Virus record (IMG/VR): IMGVR_UViG_3300029822_000021
Location: 1-43,703 of that record
Reading direction: 5' to 3' (one strand)
Length of the DNA: 43,703 bases
Origin: a virus
Lineage: Duplodnaviria; Caudoviricetes
How positions within the stretch are numbered: position 1 is the first letter of the stretch; each line of letters opens with the position of its first letter. This document shows positions 1-8,185 of the stretch, one piece after another. Position numbers and translations under genes: made by a program. The notes beneath the pieces were generated by a model. It had not been told where the DNA came from. It worked only from the letters and a program-made list of their open reading frames with translations, and did no database searches.

Positions 1-639
1 AGGAACGATTATGACGTCTCAAACTCACATTGTCGGTCTGGATGCGGGGAACAGCTCCGCGAAAATGGTAGTCTATTTAGAGGGAGGGGGAGAAAAGCCG
101 CTGGAAGTGCTGGTCCCGAACGTATCAGCCAGGGGCGAAGAATTGGATATTCCGCCAAAGGGACAGGACATCTGGGATCGTCTGCATCTTGAGATCCTTG
201 ACGCTGAAGAACCTTTCGACGGTGAACGGTTTGTCGGTTCGCTGGCAGCTCGTCAACTGGTCGATGTTGAACAGGACCGGCGCAGGAATAAAGCAGAATC
301 GGACAATATCAACTTGATCACACCGGCACTGCTGGCTGCCGTTTGTCAGCCGGGCGACAAGGTGGTCTTGGGGATCGGTTCGCCGTTTGCAGACTTTGCG
401 ATGCAGAAACCGCAGATCATCGAACGCCTACAGCGTGAATTCAAAGTGCGATTCGGTTCATACTCCACCAAGCCGGGTCAAGTGGTCGACTTCGAAGTCT
501 CTCACGTTTATCCTTATCCGCAGACGGCTGCCGGGTACGTCTCCCAGGCACTCGGTCGTCTCGGCAAAGAGCATCCGGAATGGGATCAGCAGGCCGTGCT
601 GGTGATCGATCTGGGGCTTGGTCAATCTGGTGTTGCATA
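1..639 (+). repeat. Left copy of imperfect 639-bp direct repeat (parM RBS and 5' part)
   Basis: Aligns without gaps to 43065-43703; 63 mismatches by manual count (~90%). Confidence 0.95.
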
Positions 640-1081
640 CCTGGATTGCGGGGAAACTATAAAATCCGGTTGTTTCTCTGTGGACGAACCAGCCTTTTTA
701 CGTGTGGCACAAGGTGTCCAGCGCTACATGAACACCGAACGTCAGCGTGACTTGACGGTGCCGGAAATTCTGATCGCCATCGAAGCAGGGCAATATCACA
801 TAAATGGCGAAAAGATCGATCTTACACCGGTGATCGCGCTGGAGACCGAGCAGCTGGCCAGTGGTCTGCGACGTCGCTGCGAAGAGCTCATCCCGGCCAA
901 GCTGCGCGACAAAGTGAGTACGCTGCTGCTTATCGGTGGTGGCGCTCTGACAGTCGGCCTCGCCGATCAGTTCGAGGCGGCTTTCCATCGCCCGGCAATT
1001 GTCGGGGATAATCCGCGCTACGCCAATGCAATCGGACTGGCGGAGCAAGCCCGGCTAAAATACCAGAAAGAGTTGAGGTAA
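11..1081 (+). CDS. parM: ParM/StbA-family actin-like ATPase
   Basis: Actin-fold motifs: VGLDAGNSSAK (phosphate 1), PQTAAG (connect 1), VIDLGLGQS (phosphate 2), LIGGGA (adenosine), YANAIG (connect 2); 356 aa. Confidence 0.88.
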   Translation: MTSQTHIVGLDAGNSSAKMVVYLEGGGEKPLEVLVPNVSARGEELDIPPKGQDIWDRLHLEILDAEEPFDGERFVGSLAARQLVDVEQDRRRNKAESDNINLITPALLAAVCQPGDKVVLGIGSPFADFAMQKPQIIERLQREFKVRFGSYSTKPGQVVDFEVSHVYPYPQTAAGYVSQALGRLGKEHPEWDQQAVLVIDLGLGQSGVAYLDCGETIKSGCFSVDEPAFLRVAQGVQRYMNTERQRDLTVPEILIAIEAGQYHINGEKIDLTPVIALETEQLASGLRRRCEELIPAKLRDKVSTLLLIGGGALTVGLADQFEAAFHRPAIVGDNPRYANAIGLAEQARLKYQKELR

Positions 1082-1453
1082 ATGGCGGCGCGTGGTAGGG
1101 GCGAACGAATATCAGCATACATTGGTGATAAGACGCCTGAAGAACGCGCGTTTTGGGACGCAGCGGACGAGTTCCGCTTTCCCGCAGAACATGAGCGCGC
1201 CGGTAAAGTGCATTGGGCAGCGTTCATGCAATACCTCGCCGGGTTGGTACTCGTCGATCGGGAGCGCCAGAGCCGAGCGCAACCTAAGGCGGAAGACGTG
1301 CAAGCCGAACTCGCAGAGCTGCGACGCGAAGTTGACAGCATCAAGCAGATGGTTAGTCGCGGAGAGCTGACGCCCAGGACGGCGACCAGCGAAGTGAAAA
1401 ATGAAAATGCCCTGGCGAAAAAAGCTGCTCGCCTGGCAGAAGAGGATTGGTAA
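1082..1453 (+). CDS. Putative ParR-like DNA-binding adaptor
   Basis: Directly abuts parM; N-terminal basic beta-strand (RISAYI, RHH-like), central coiled coil, C-terminal amphipathic helix ending in W. Assigned mainly from position. Confidence 0.6.
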   Translation: MAARGRGERISAYIGDKTPEERAFWDAADEFRFPAEHERAGKVHWAAFMQYLAGLVLVDRERQSRAQPKAEDVQAELAELRREVDSIKQMVSRGELTPRTATSEVKNENALAKKAARLAEEDW

Positions 1454-1474
1454 CGTCGATCGTTATAATTTTGT

Positions 1475-3019
1475 TTACGCCGTAGTACGGTGACGATAGT
1501 ACTCAATATTGATTGTGACCTTTGTCTGGTACGGTTCGCCTCCACCAGCAAAGGTCACAATCGTGTTTATATCGATTGTGCTTTCATAAACAGTAACCCT
1601 TTTCACATAAGCCTGGATGATGCGTTTTTGCTCATCTGGGCTTTTGTCTTTTAGATTAGCATCCTTTTGCAGGTAGGCGCGAATCATCGCTTCAGTCGGT
1701 GCGTGGGTCTGAGCCTGCAATTTAGCTTCCTCCAATTTTATAATAAGGTTGGCCTTTTTGGCTTCCAGCTCGTCCATTCTGGTTTTCATGGACTCATGAA
1801 ACAGGCCAGCAGCAATTGCGTTCACGACATTGTTTATTTCAACCTGCACGCCTGAAAGCTGATCGGTAAACAGCTTTATGGCCCTATTTATTTCTGCGCC
1901 TTGTGAAGCGGCGTATTCGGTTATTTTTGCTGCCAGCTGCTCGGTAGCCGTTGGGGAAAATACATTTTCCTCAAGATACTCTATCACGGCGTTTTCTACC
2001 ATGTTTTTATTAATGGCCTTCATGTCGCATTCTTTTGTTCTCTTTCTTGTTGAGCATTCATAGCTGGCGTAAAGAGTTTTATTCCGACCGGCGAATTTCC
2101 TGGTACCTGTCATAGCCCCATCGCATTTGCCACAGAAAATTAGTCCAGACAACAGATAAAGCTCTTTTGCCGAATTAGAGCCTTTCTTATTACTTTTCAT
2201 GCGCTCTTGCACTACCCTCCAAGTTTGATCATCTATTATTCGTGGCATGCCGCCCTCAATCCTGATTATCGCATCGTCATCTTTGCTTTGGTGGTGGTTG
2301 CGTTTACCGTTAATTTTGGGTTTGGAGCGGTTAAAAATATATACTCCCCGGTATTTTTCATTCCTGAGTATATCATGGATGCTGTTATTGCCGAACGGGC
2401 GATTTGTTCGCGTCTTGAGCCCTTCACGCTTTAGCCTGGCGATAATATCGCTGTAGCCCTGCCCAGCAGCATACATCTCGAATATGATTTGTACAGTCTT
2501 CGCATTTGATACATCAATGACATATGTTTTGTCCTCGGCTAAAGCATAGCCTAGTGGGGGAACTCCACCGGTATGTTTGCACTGATAGGCGGTTTCCCTC
2601 ATCCCCTTCATAACTTCGCGCGACAGGTTCCGGCTATAATACTCGGCCATGCCCTCAAGAACGCTTTCCATGATAATTGATTCAGGACTGTCGTCCAAAT
2701 TTTCCAAAACAGATATTAAGCGCACGCCACACCTTTTCAGGTGCCGCTTGTAATAAGCGCTGTCATAGCGATCACGGCTGAAGCGATCCAATTTGTGCAC
2801 AATTACGGCTTGAAATACGCCGGTTTCCGCATCGCGCATCATTTCAAGGAACTGCGGCCGTTGATCAGTGGTCGCTGACTTCGCTTCATCAGGATAAACT
2901 TTAATTACCGCAAGTCCTTCCCGCGCGGCGTATTCCCTTATGGCGCGGATCTGGGCATCAATGGATTCTTCGCGCTGATTATCGCTGCTGTATCTCACAT
3001 ATGCGGCTGCTTTTTGCAT
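1475..3019 (-). CDS. int: Large serine recombinase (phage integrase)
   Basis: YVRYSS catalytic motif, resolvase domain (KLDRFSRD), recombinase domain (PPLGY...ILRNEKYRG), zinc ribbon (LLSGLIFCGKC...YECS...C), coiled coil; 514 aa. Confidence 0.95.
   Translation of the reverse strand: MQKAAAYVRYSSDNQREESIDAQIRAIREYAAREGLAVIKVYPDEAKSATTDQRPQFLEMMRDAETGVFQAVIVHKLDRFSRDRYDSAYYKRHLKRCGVRLISVLENLDDSPESIIMESVLEGMAEYYSRNLSREVMKGMRETAYQCKHTGGVPPLGYALAEDKTYVIDVSNAKTVQIIFEMYAAGQGYSDIIARLKREGLKTRTNRPFGNNSIHDILRNEKYRGVYIFNRSKPKINGKRNHHQSKDDDAIIRIEGGMPRIIDDQTWRVVQERMKSNKKGSNSAKELYLLSGLIFCGKCDGAMTGTRKFAGRNKTLYASYECSTRKRTKECDMKAINKNMVENAVIEYLEENVFSPTATEQLAAKITEYAASQGAEINRAIKLFTDQLSGVQVEINNVVNAIAAGLFHESMKTRMDELEAKKANLIIKLEEAKLQAQTHAPTEAMIRAYLQKDANLKDKSPDEQKRIIQAYVKRVTVYESTIDINTIVTFAGGGEPYQTKVTINIEYYRHRTTA
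1511..1562. other. Putative attP of the serine integrase, inside the int coding sequence
   Basis: Perfect 14-bp inverted repeat GATTGTGACCTTTG (1511-1524) / CAAAGGTCACAATC (1549-1562), plus inner CTGGT/ACCAG. The central dinucleotide TC (1536-1537) begins TCGCCTCCACCA, which resembles a tmRNA/tRNA-Ala 3' end. Confidence 0.8.
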
Positions 3020-3028
3020 GGCGATCCC

Positions 3029-3076
3029 TCACTTGGTTAATGTGGCGTTTGATATATTAGGGATGCTACCGGCCAT
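3029..3076 (-). CDS. Putative 15-aa leader peptide (MAGSIPNISNATLTK) upstream of int
   Basis: AGGAGG RBS (3085-3090) 8 nt before ATG; its TGA overlaps the int RBS (TGAGGGAT). Confidence 0.5.
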   Translation of the reverse strand: MAGSIPNISNATLTK

Positions 3077-3090
3077 AATACACGCCTCCT

Positions 3091-3729
3091 TTAATTTTCG
3101 CTTTCACTGGCGGCTTCGGCCTCGGCATCTCGAAGCGATGCCATGTTTCCGGAGGCAAATAGTCTCCAGCTTTTTATTTTTCGTCTGATCCAGACGATGA
3201 GCATAATCCAAGGGATTGTGATGGCCACGCATACGTATTGTAGCATCAAGGTTGTTTTGGTGCGCACAGCTTCGTTTTCGTAAGTCCCCACGGAGGCTGC
3301 TGAGGCAAGAAACGACAAGGCAAGCCAGGCAATTATGAGCAGGATAATCAAAAAGACTTTTATGATACGCAGCGCACTAATTTGATTTGGCATAATGCCG
3401 GATAGTCGATATTCCTCCACTTCAATGTAAATTTTAGGCGAAGCCAAAGCCGCAACGCGCGCCTTAGTTTGTTCCTTGCTTTCCTTACGCAGTATATAGT
3501 AAGACAAAAGTGCCTGATAAAAAAGTGCGACTGGGGGTTTGCTTGGGCCGTAGACAAGATTTAATCCGGCGAATACCAGGAGTGCGTTAAAAATCGATAA
3601 ACCCCAAGCGTGAACGCCCCTAATAGATTCTTTAATGATGTAAAATCTAGTTACTAAAGGGAGTACCAAAGCCGCAGCCCAAAACGCGGCCGTCTGCAGT
3701 AAGTAGCTAAGCAAATATGTATCGCTCAT
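3091..3729 (-). CDS. Multi-pass membrane protein (moron; possible superinfection exclusion or defence)
   Basis: About five hydrophobic segments; AT-richer; GAGGGGGG RBS-like sequence upstream of MSDTYL; sits in the immunity operon. Confidence 0.7.
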   Translation of the reverse strand: MSDTYLLSYLLQTAAFWAAALVLPLVTRFYIIKESIRGVHAWGLSIFNALLVFAGLNLVYGPSKPPVALFYQALLSYYILRKESKEQTKARVAALASPKIYIEVEEYRLSGIMPNQISALRIIKVFLIILLIIAWLALSFLASAASVGTYENEAVRTKTTLMLQYVCVAITIPWIMLIVWIRRKIKSWRLFASGNMASLRDAEAEAASESEN

Positions 3730-3745
3730 ACCTCTGTTTCCCCCC

Positions 3746-4351
3746 TCAATTGTATTGGCTACAATATTCGCGGAGTACTTTTGCGTCAATCTCGACTTTA
3801 GCAGGGACGTAGCTTTTTTCATCTTTATATAGCTCGTTAACGACAGCTTGCATGAAATCGCGGACTGCCTTTGGCGATTCAGTTCTTAAATCTATAAAAG
3901 AATTGTTATAAAGCGCCCGCTTATAGTGAAGCAGAAGCTTGATCCTGATAAGATATACCTCGCTATATGTTTCAATCGGGCGATCAGCACCCAACAATTC
4001 CCGCAGATGGAAAACGCAAATATCATCAAGCACTTTAAAGCGCTCATAAAGTATACAAGCTTTCCGAAACCCGTGGTCGTATTCGAAGCCTTCTCTTACC
4101 GTAAGGCGCACAAGCCTTCCGTCTACACCAATTTCATTCATAGCAAGCTGAAGTGCCACGTTATTTTCTGGCCACGAAGATGCATTCAAGTATGATAAAG
4201 CGATCGGTAAGCGCATTTTGCTGGCAACAGCTATGTACGTCAACGTCAGTTTCATGTCTTTATATCTTTCTATTCTTGGACGCAACCAAAACACATAGAA
4301 CCCAAGAAGCAACGGCAGTATTACTGCAATCGTTATTTCTAGCCCGGACAT
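3746..4351 (-). CDS. Hypothetical protein with N-terminal membrane anchor (moron)
   Basis: N-terminal TM (IAVILPLLLGFYVFW); start overlaps the upstream stop; AT-rich. Confidence 0.7.
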   Translation of the reverse strand: MSGLEITIAVILPLLLGFYVFWLRPRIERYKDMKLTLTYIAVASKMRLPIALSYLNASSWPENNVALQLAMNEIGVDGRLVRLTVREGFEYDHGFRKACILYERFKVLDDICVFHLRELLGADRPIETYSEVYLIRIKLLLHYKRALYNNSFIDLRTESPKAVRDFMQAVVNELYKDEKSYVPAKVEIDAKVLREYCSQYN

Positions 4352-4806
4352 TACTCTTTGACCTCCTTTTCGGTGTATAAAATCGCAATTACGTCCGGCA
4401 ACCCCATCCTAAACTTCATTACTTCTTCCGTGACGTCAAGCTTGTCCGCCATTTCCCAAACTTCGCAGACCCCCTTGTGCAGTAATTCCAGCAGCTTGTC
4501 CAAAGGTACTAAATAGCGCGCACCCCACGCCTGCGCTTTATGTTCCGCCTTATCAATCGTGATCCGATTACTATAATGCATATGTACCTGCGGCAGTAGC
4601 AAGCCGACGCTTGCAAAATGATGTCCCAACTCTTCAGCTAGTACACACCTAAAGTGTCGACGATTGCGAGGTAATCCGGGATCCAAGAATATCGTCGGCG
4701 GAAGCTTTGACTTTCGGAAATAAAATGCTTCCACGGGTGGGATCATGGGGCGGTATTCGATTCTTATTTCTTCAGCGGCTGCAAGCCGAAATAAATCAAG
4801 CGGCAC
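4351..4806 (-). CDS. immA: ImmA/IrrE-family (DUF955) metallopeptidase anti-repressor
   Basis: RCVLAEELGHH and E-x-x-A-x-x-WGARYLVP motifs; GGAGGGG RBS before GTG at 4806; downstream of the XRE repressor. Confidence 0.85.
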   Translation of the reverse strand: MPLDLFRLAAAEEIRIEYRPMIPPVEAFYFRKSKLPPTIFLDPGLPRNRRHFRCVLAEELGHHFASVGLLLPQVHMHYSNRITIDKAEHKAQAWGARYLVPLDKLLELLHKGVCEVWEMADKLDVTEEVMKFRMGLPDVIAILYTEKEVKE

Positions 4807-4872
4807 GTCATTCCCCTCCCGGTATGTAGAATCGATATTTGTCGAAAAATGACGTTTATCCTGTTTAACCCA

Positions 4873-4894
4873 AAACCCGCCAGTTGGCGGGTTT
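4873..4894 (-). terminator. Hairpin between repressor and immA (terminator or attenuator)
   Basis: AAACCCGCC-AGTT-GGCGGGTTT, short U tail on the minus strand. Confidence 0.5.
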
Positions 4895-5233
4895 CTACGG
4901 TTGCTTGTCTTTGTTGTCTTTCTGGAAACTGGCTTCATATTCTTCGATAATTTCCCGCACGCGCTTTAGTGCCGCTTCGGGCAAATCGTTCATGGGGTTG
5001 TCTGTACGGTGCGCGGCGAGAGTGTAATCGTCATTATTGACATCGCGGCCTAGCAGATAATCTGTAGTGACATTAAATAGGTCGGCGATTTTGCATAGCA
5101 TGCCCGGCTCGGGAACACGCCCATTTTCGTATCTATTAATCGTTGGCTGTTTGACATTCAACTTCTCTGCCAAGTCAAATTGAGTCCAACCTTGAGACTC
5201 ACGCAGATTTTTAATCCGCTGACCCGTTACCAT
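4895..5233 (-). CDS. XRE-family HTH prophage repressor (cI/ImmR-like)
   Basis: GQRIKNLRESQGWTQFDLAEKLNVKQPTINRYENGRVP...IADLFNVTTDYLLGR; C-terminal TLAAH motif; divergent from Cro-like gene; start taken at MVTGQ. Confidence 0.9.
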   Translation of the reverse strand: MVTGQRIKNLRESQGWTQFDLAEKLNVKQPTINRYENGRVPEPGMLCKIADLFNVTTDYLLGRDVNNDDYTLAAHRTDNPMNDLPEAALKRVREIIEEYEASFQKDNKDKQP

Positions 5234-5257
5234 TAGATCAACCCCTAATATGCTTAT

Positions 5258-5363
5258 ATGACTACATGGTATATTCATTATAACACGATATACGGAGTTG
5301 GTATATAAATTATACCAAAATACTATAATGGTATTGACAGATACCAAATCGGTATGAGATAAT
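5258..5363. promoter_or_regulatory. Genetic switch: ATACC-N5-GGTAT operators and rightward sigma-A promoter
   Basis: Operator-like 15-mers at 5258, 5290, 5320 and 5341 (ATACCAAATCGGTAT, perfect). TTGACA at 5334-5339 and TG-N-GATAAT ending at 5363 flank the perfect site. Confidence 0.75.
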
Positions 5364-5402
5364 GGGGGCAAATGAGAGGTATCCACTTACGGAGGGATTG
5401 AA

Positions 5403-5609
5403 ATGGTCGCTGTTGATTTGGCGAAGATACGTGAACTGCGAAGGCAAAAGGGCATCCGGCAACGGGAAATGGCTAGGTTTCTTGGCTATAAGACTCAAAC
5501 CGGTTATAGCTATCTTGAAGCCGGGAAATACCCGATGCGGGTTGAACAGCTTGCGACAATTGCCCAAAAGTTAGAAGTACCTATTGATTCTCTTTTTTTA
5601 CCTCAATAA
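5403..5609 (+). CDS. Cro-like XRE HTH regulator
   Basis: KIRELRRQKGIRQREMARFLGY...YSYLEAGK; GGAGGG RBS; divergent from the repressor. Confidence 0.88.
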   Translation: MVAVDLAKIRELRRQKGIRQREMARFLGYKTQTGYSYLEAGKYPMRVEQLATIAQKLEVPIDSLFLPQ

Positions 5610-5623
5610 TACCAAAACGGTAT
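5609..5623. promoter_or_regulatory. Additional operator downstream of cro
   Basis: ATACCAAAACGGTAT, one mismatch to the site at 5341. Confidence 0.65.
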
Positions 5624-5641
5624 AAAAGGAGGTGATCCCAC

Positions 5642-5896
5642 ATGCCTAGACCTAAGCGCGCCAAGACGTTGGATGCAATAGATGGGATCGGAAGCGGCTT
5701 TATGAAGGTAGGTATCTTGCGCATCACCATTGATCGCAGCACCGGTCGCGAACTCGATCGTAAAATCATCGGATACGAAGAGATCGACGAAGACGCGTAT
5801 TATCGGCCGCTTGTTGAGATGTTCGGCAAGCGCGTGCTTGCAGCTATGGAAGAGGGGAGGTGGATCAATGAAAGGCCCATGGAAAGTGACTTCTAA
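5642..5896 (+). CDS. Hypothetical early protein
   Basis: Strong AAAGGAGGTG RBS; 84 aa. Confidence 0.7.
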   Translation: MPRPKRAKTLDAIDGIGSGFMKVGILRITIDRSTGRELDRKIIGYEEIDEDAYYRPLVEMFGKRVLAAMEEGRWINERPMESDF

Positions 5897-6062
5897 TCCC
5901 ATAAATGGGGAAACCAAGTACGCTGTCTGTCGAGTTCTTGATGTCGACGCGGTCGACCACTCCGGTAACCGCGAATTCGCGACAGAGTACATGGAAGACC
6001 ATGATGAGGCTGAACTCATCGCCCAGGCGCTGAACGATGAGGAAGCTGAAACCGCAAAGTAG
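5868..6062 (+). CDS. Hypothetical early protein
   Basis: GGGGAGGTG RBS before MKGPWKVTSNPING; 64 aa. Confidence 0.7.
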   Translation: MKGPWKVTSNPINGETKYAVCRVLDVDAVDHSGNREFATEYMEDHDEAELIAQALNDEEAETAK

Positions 6063-6086
6063 CGCGGGAAGAGGGGAGGACGTTTA

Positions 6087-6389
6087 ATGCCAGATTTAAG
6101 CGCGATTTACGCCAAGATGCGGGAGTGGACATCCCACGGAAGAAGATCGGTCAAGATCGAGGTTTCGACGCAAGAAATTCTACCGTCAATGAGTGGCGGA
6201 ACCCCAGTGCTCAGAATCTATGCGTATGACTACAACATGATGGCGGGATGCAGTATTAACGACTGGGCAGAGTTTGAAGATTCTGTGGTCGAAGAGCGTC
6301 TTCGTCGGTCTTTGCAGATGGATCTGGAGCAAGCGCAGCGCAGGTTGGCGGCAATGGAAAAAGCGGCTGCGGCACCGGTGGCGCAATGA
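6087..6389 (+). CDS. Hypothetical protein
   Basis: GGGGAGG RBS; C-terminal coiled coil. Confidence 0.65.
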   Translation: MPDLSAIYAKMREWTSHGRRSVKIEVSTQEILPSMSGGTPVLRIYAYDYNMMAGCSINDWAEFEDSVVEERLRRSLQMDLEQAQRRLAAMEKAAAAPVAQ

Positions 6390-6583
6390 CTAAGACCGAG
6401 TGCAGTGAACAAATTTACGAGCTGTTCGAAATGGTCGATTCAGGCAAGGTCAGCGTCGAAGATGCGCAAAACATGGCGCGGGTGACCATCGACGAGTACG
6501 CCACTAGCTGTGCGCGCAGTATCGCCAGAGGTATTCTGCGGGGCGAACTGCTACCGACAGCTGCAGATAAAGCTACCCAGTAA
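6386..6583 (+). CDS. Hypothetical protein
   Basis: ATGA overlap with the previous gene. Confidence 0.6.
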   Translation: MTKTECSEQIYELFEMVDSGKVSVEDAQNMARVTIDEYATSCARSIARGILRGELLPTAADKATQ

Positions 6584-6636
6584 AAAACAGCGGCTTACGT
6601 GCATCACCACGTAAGCCGCCACCCGAAATAACCTAC
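6582..6636 (-). ncRNA. Candidate ~55-nt antisense small RNA
   Basis: Minus-strand TTGACT (6671-6666)-17 nt-TACGCT (6648-6643) with extended TG; perfect 12-bp hairpin 6590-6619 followed by U6 on the minus strand. Confidence 0.5.
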
Positions 6637-6693
6637 GGCTATAGCGTACCATTCGGGGCCGCTGTAGTCAAGCAGAAGGAGGATTGCCAATCA

Positions 6694-7260
6694 ATGAACG
6701 CCTTAGAAGAACACTTGCTGGATCAATACCCAGAACCCGAATTGCCGGAGGACGGCAGCAATGAGGTAGCTGAACGATTTAAGCTGACGAATGACCAGAT
6801 GGCAAACTGGGCGCTACGCAAGATCGCGAAAATCAGATCTGATCGGCGCGCCGACGAAGAGCTTGCGGAAGCAGAACACGCGCGCATCTATGCTTGGATG
6901 ACAGAGCGACAAAAACAGGCGCAACGAAACGAGGATTTTTTCGTCAGCCTCTTAACCGCCTATTTTGCTCCACAGCACGAGGCGGATCCCAAGGCCAAAA
7001 CCTTTAGTCTACCAGCTGGCAAAGTGCAGTTTAGGGCCCAGCAACCGGCATTTACGCGCGATGATACCACGCTAATCTACTGGCTCAAACATCACGACTT
7101 GGATGACTTTGTGAAAACCGTCGAAACTCCCGAATGGGGAGACCTCAAGAAGGAATTAGTGGTCGCAGACGGTCGCGCATTTTTGAAAGAAACCGGCGAA
7201 GCGGTTGATGGCATTACCGTCGAGGAACGCTCCGAAGTCGTGCGCGTGGAGGTGAGCTAA
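6694..7260 (+). CDS. gam: Mu Gam-like host-nuclease inhibitor
   Basis: ANWALRKIA, coiled coil, KTFSLPAGKVQFR, ETGEAVDGITVE; 188 aa. Confidence 0.8.
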   Translation: MNALEEHLLDQYPEPELPEDGSNEVAERFKLTNDQMANWALRKIAKIRSDRRADEELAEAEHARIYAWMTERQKQAQRNEDFFVSLLTAYFAPQHEADPKAKTFSLPAGKVQFRAQQPAFTRDDTTLIYWLKHHDLDDFVKTVETPEWGDLKKELVVADGRAFLKETGEAVDGITVEERSEVVRVEVS

Positions 7261-8172
7261 GTGGCTGGATTCCAGAGAGCGTCAAAAAGCAGTGCGCGTT
7301 TGCGCATGGCACTGATCGGTCCGGCAGGTTCCGGAAAAACCTATACCGCACTCAACATCGCGCAGCATCTCGGTGGACCAATAGCGGTACTAGATACCGA
7401 ACACGGATCGGCATCCAAATACGCGGATCGGTTTGAGTTCGACACCATGGAGCCGTCCAACTTCAACCCGCAGGTCTACATTGACGCCATCCATGAAGCC
7501 GAACGTGCTGGATACAAGCTGATGATCATTGACTCTTTGTCACATGCCTGGATGGGACGCGGTGGCGCATTGGAACTCGTTGACCAGGCTGCCAAGCGTT
7601 CAAAGTCCGGTAATTCGTTCACAGCCTGGCGCGAAGTGACGCCGTTACACAATCAATTAGTGGAAACGATGCTTGCGGCCAACTTGCATCTTATTGTGAC
7701 AATGCGGTCCAAGACCGAATATGTCGTCGAGCAGGACGACAAAGGCAAAACGTCTATACGCAAGGTCGGTCTGCAGCCGGTGCAGCGTGATGGTTTGGAA
7801 TACGAGTTCGACGTGATCGCAGATTTGGATCAGGACAACAACTTTGTCGTTGGCAAAACTCGTTGCCCGGAAATCGCGGGATTGGTAGTGCAACGTGCAG
7901 GTAAGGAAGTTGCTGATGTTCTGGTTAAGTGGCTGACCGATGGCACGCCGCTACCAGCGCCAGAGCCACCGCCCATACTCATCACCGACTCCCAGCGGCT
8001 GGATATGTTTGCGCTGGCGGAAGAGGTAGGAGTGACCGGGGAGCAACTGGGTAAGCACGTCCAAATATCCTATGGTCACAACTCCTCAAAAGAGATTACT
8101 GCGCCAGAGTATGACGCCATCATATCCTGGCTGAACAATCAGCGCGTGATGGCGCAGCCATTACAGGATTAG
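7261..8172 (+). CDS. AAA_24/Sak4-like P-loop ATPase (recombination/annealing)
   Basis: GPAGSGKT Walker A, DTEHGS, IIDSLSHAW Walker B, QRDGLEYEFD. Confidence 0.85.
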   Translation: MAGFQRASKSSARLRMALIGPAGSGKTYTALNIAQHLGGPIAVLDTEHGSASKYADRFEFDTMEPSNFNPQVYIDAIHEAERAGYKLMIIDSLSHAWMGRGGALELVDQAAKRSKSGNSFTAWREVTPLHNQLVETMLAANLHLIVTMRSKTEYVVEQDDKGKTSIRKVGLQPVQRDGLEYEFDVIADLDQDNNFVVGKTRCPEIAGLVVQRAGKEVADVLVKWLTDGTPLPAPEPPPILITDSQRLDMFALAEEVGVTGEQLGKHVQISYGHNSSKEITAPEYDAIISWLNNQRVMAQPLQD

Positions 8173-8185
8173 TTGGCCCTATTCA

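Noticed and set aside
1-639. T7-like direct terminal repeat from packaging
   Set aside because: Copies are only ~90% identical with synonymous bias; true DTRs are identical.
1536-1547. tRNA or tmRNA gene
   Set aside because: Only the 12-nt 3' end is present, with no T-arm or cloverleaf upstream; treated as the att core.
4895-5386. 163-aa repressor and 195-aa ImmA as given in the ORF track
   Set aside because: The upstream extensions run through the operator/promoter region or overlap other genes; domain boundaries and RBSs support starts at 5233 and 4806.
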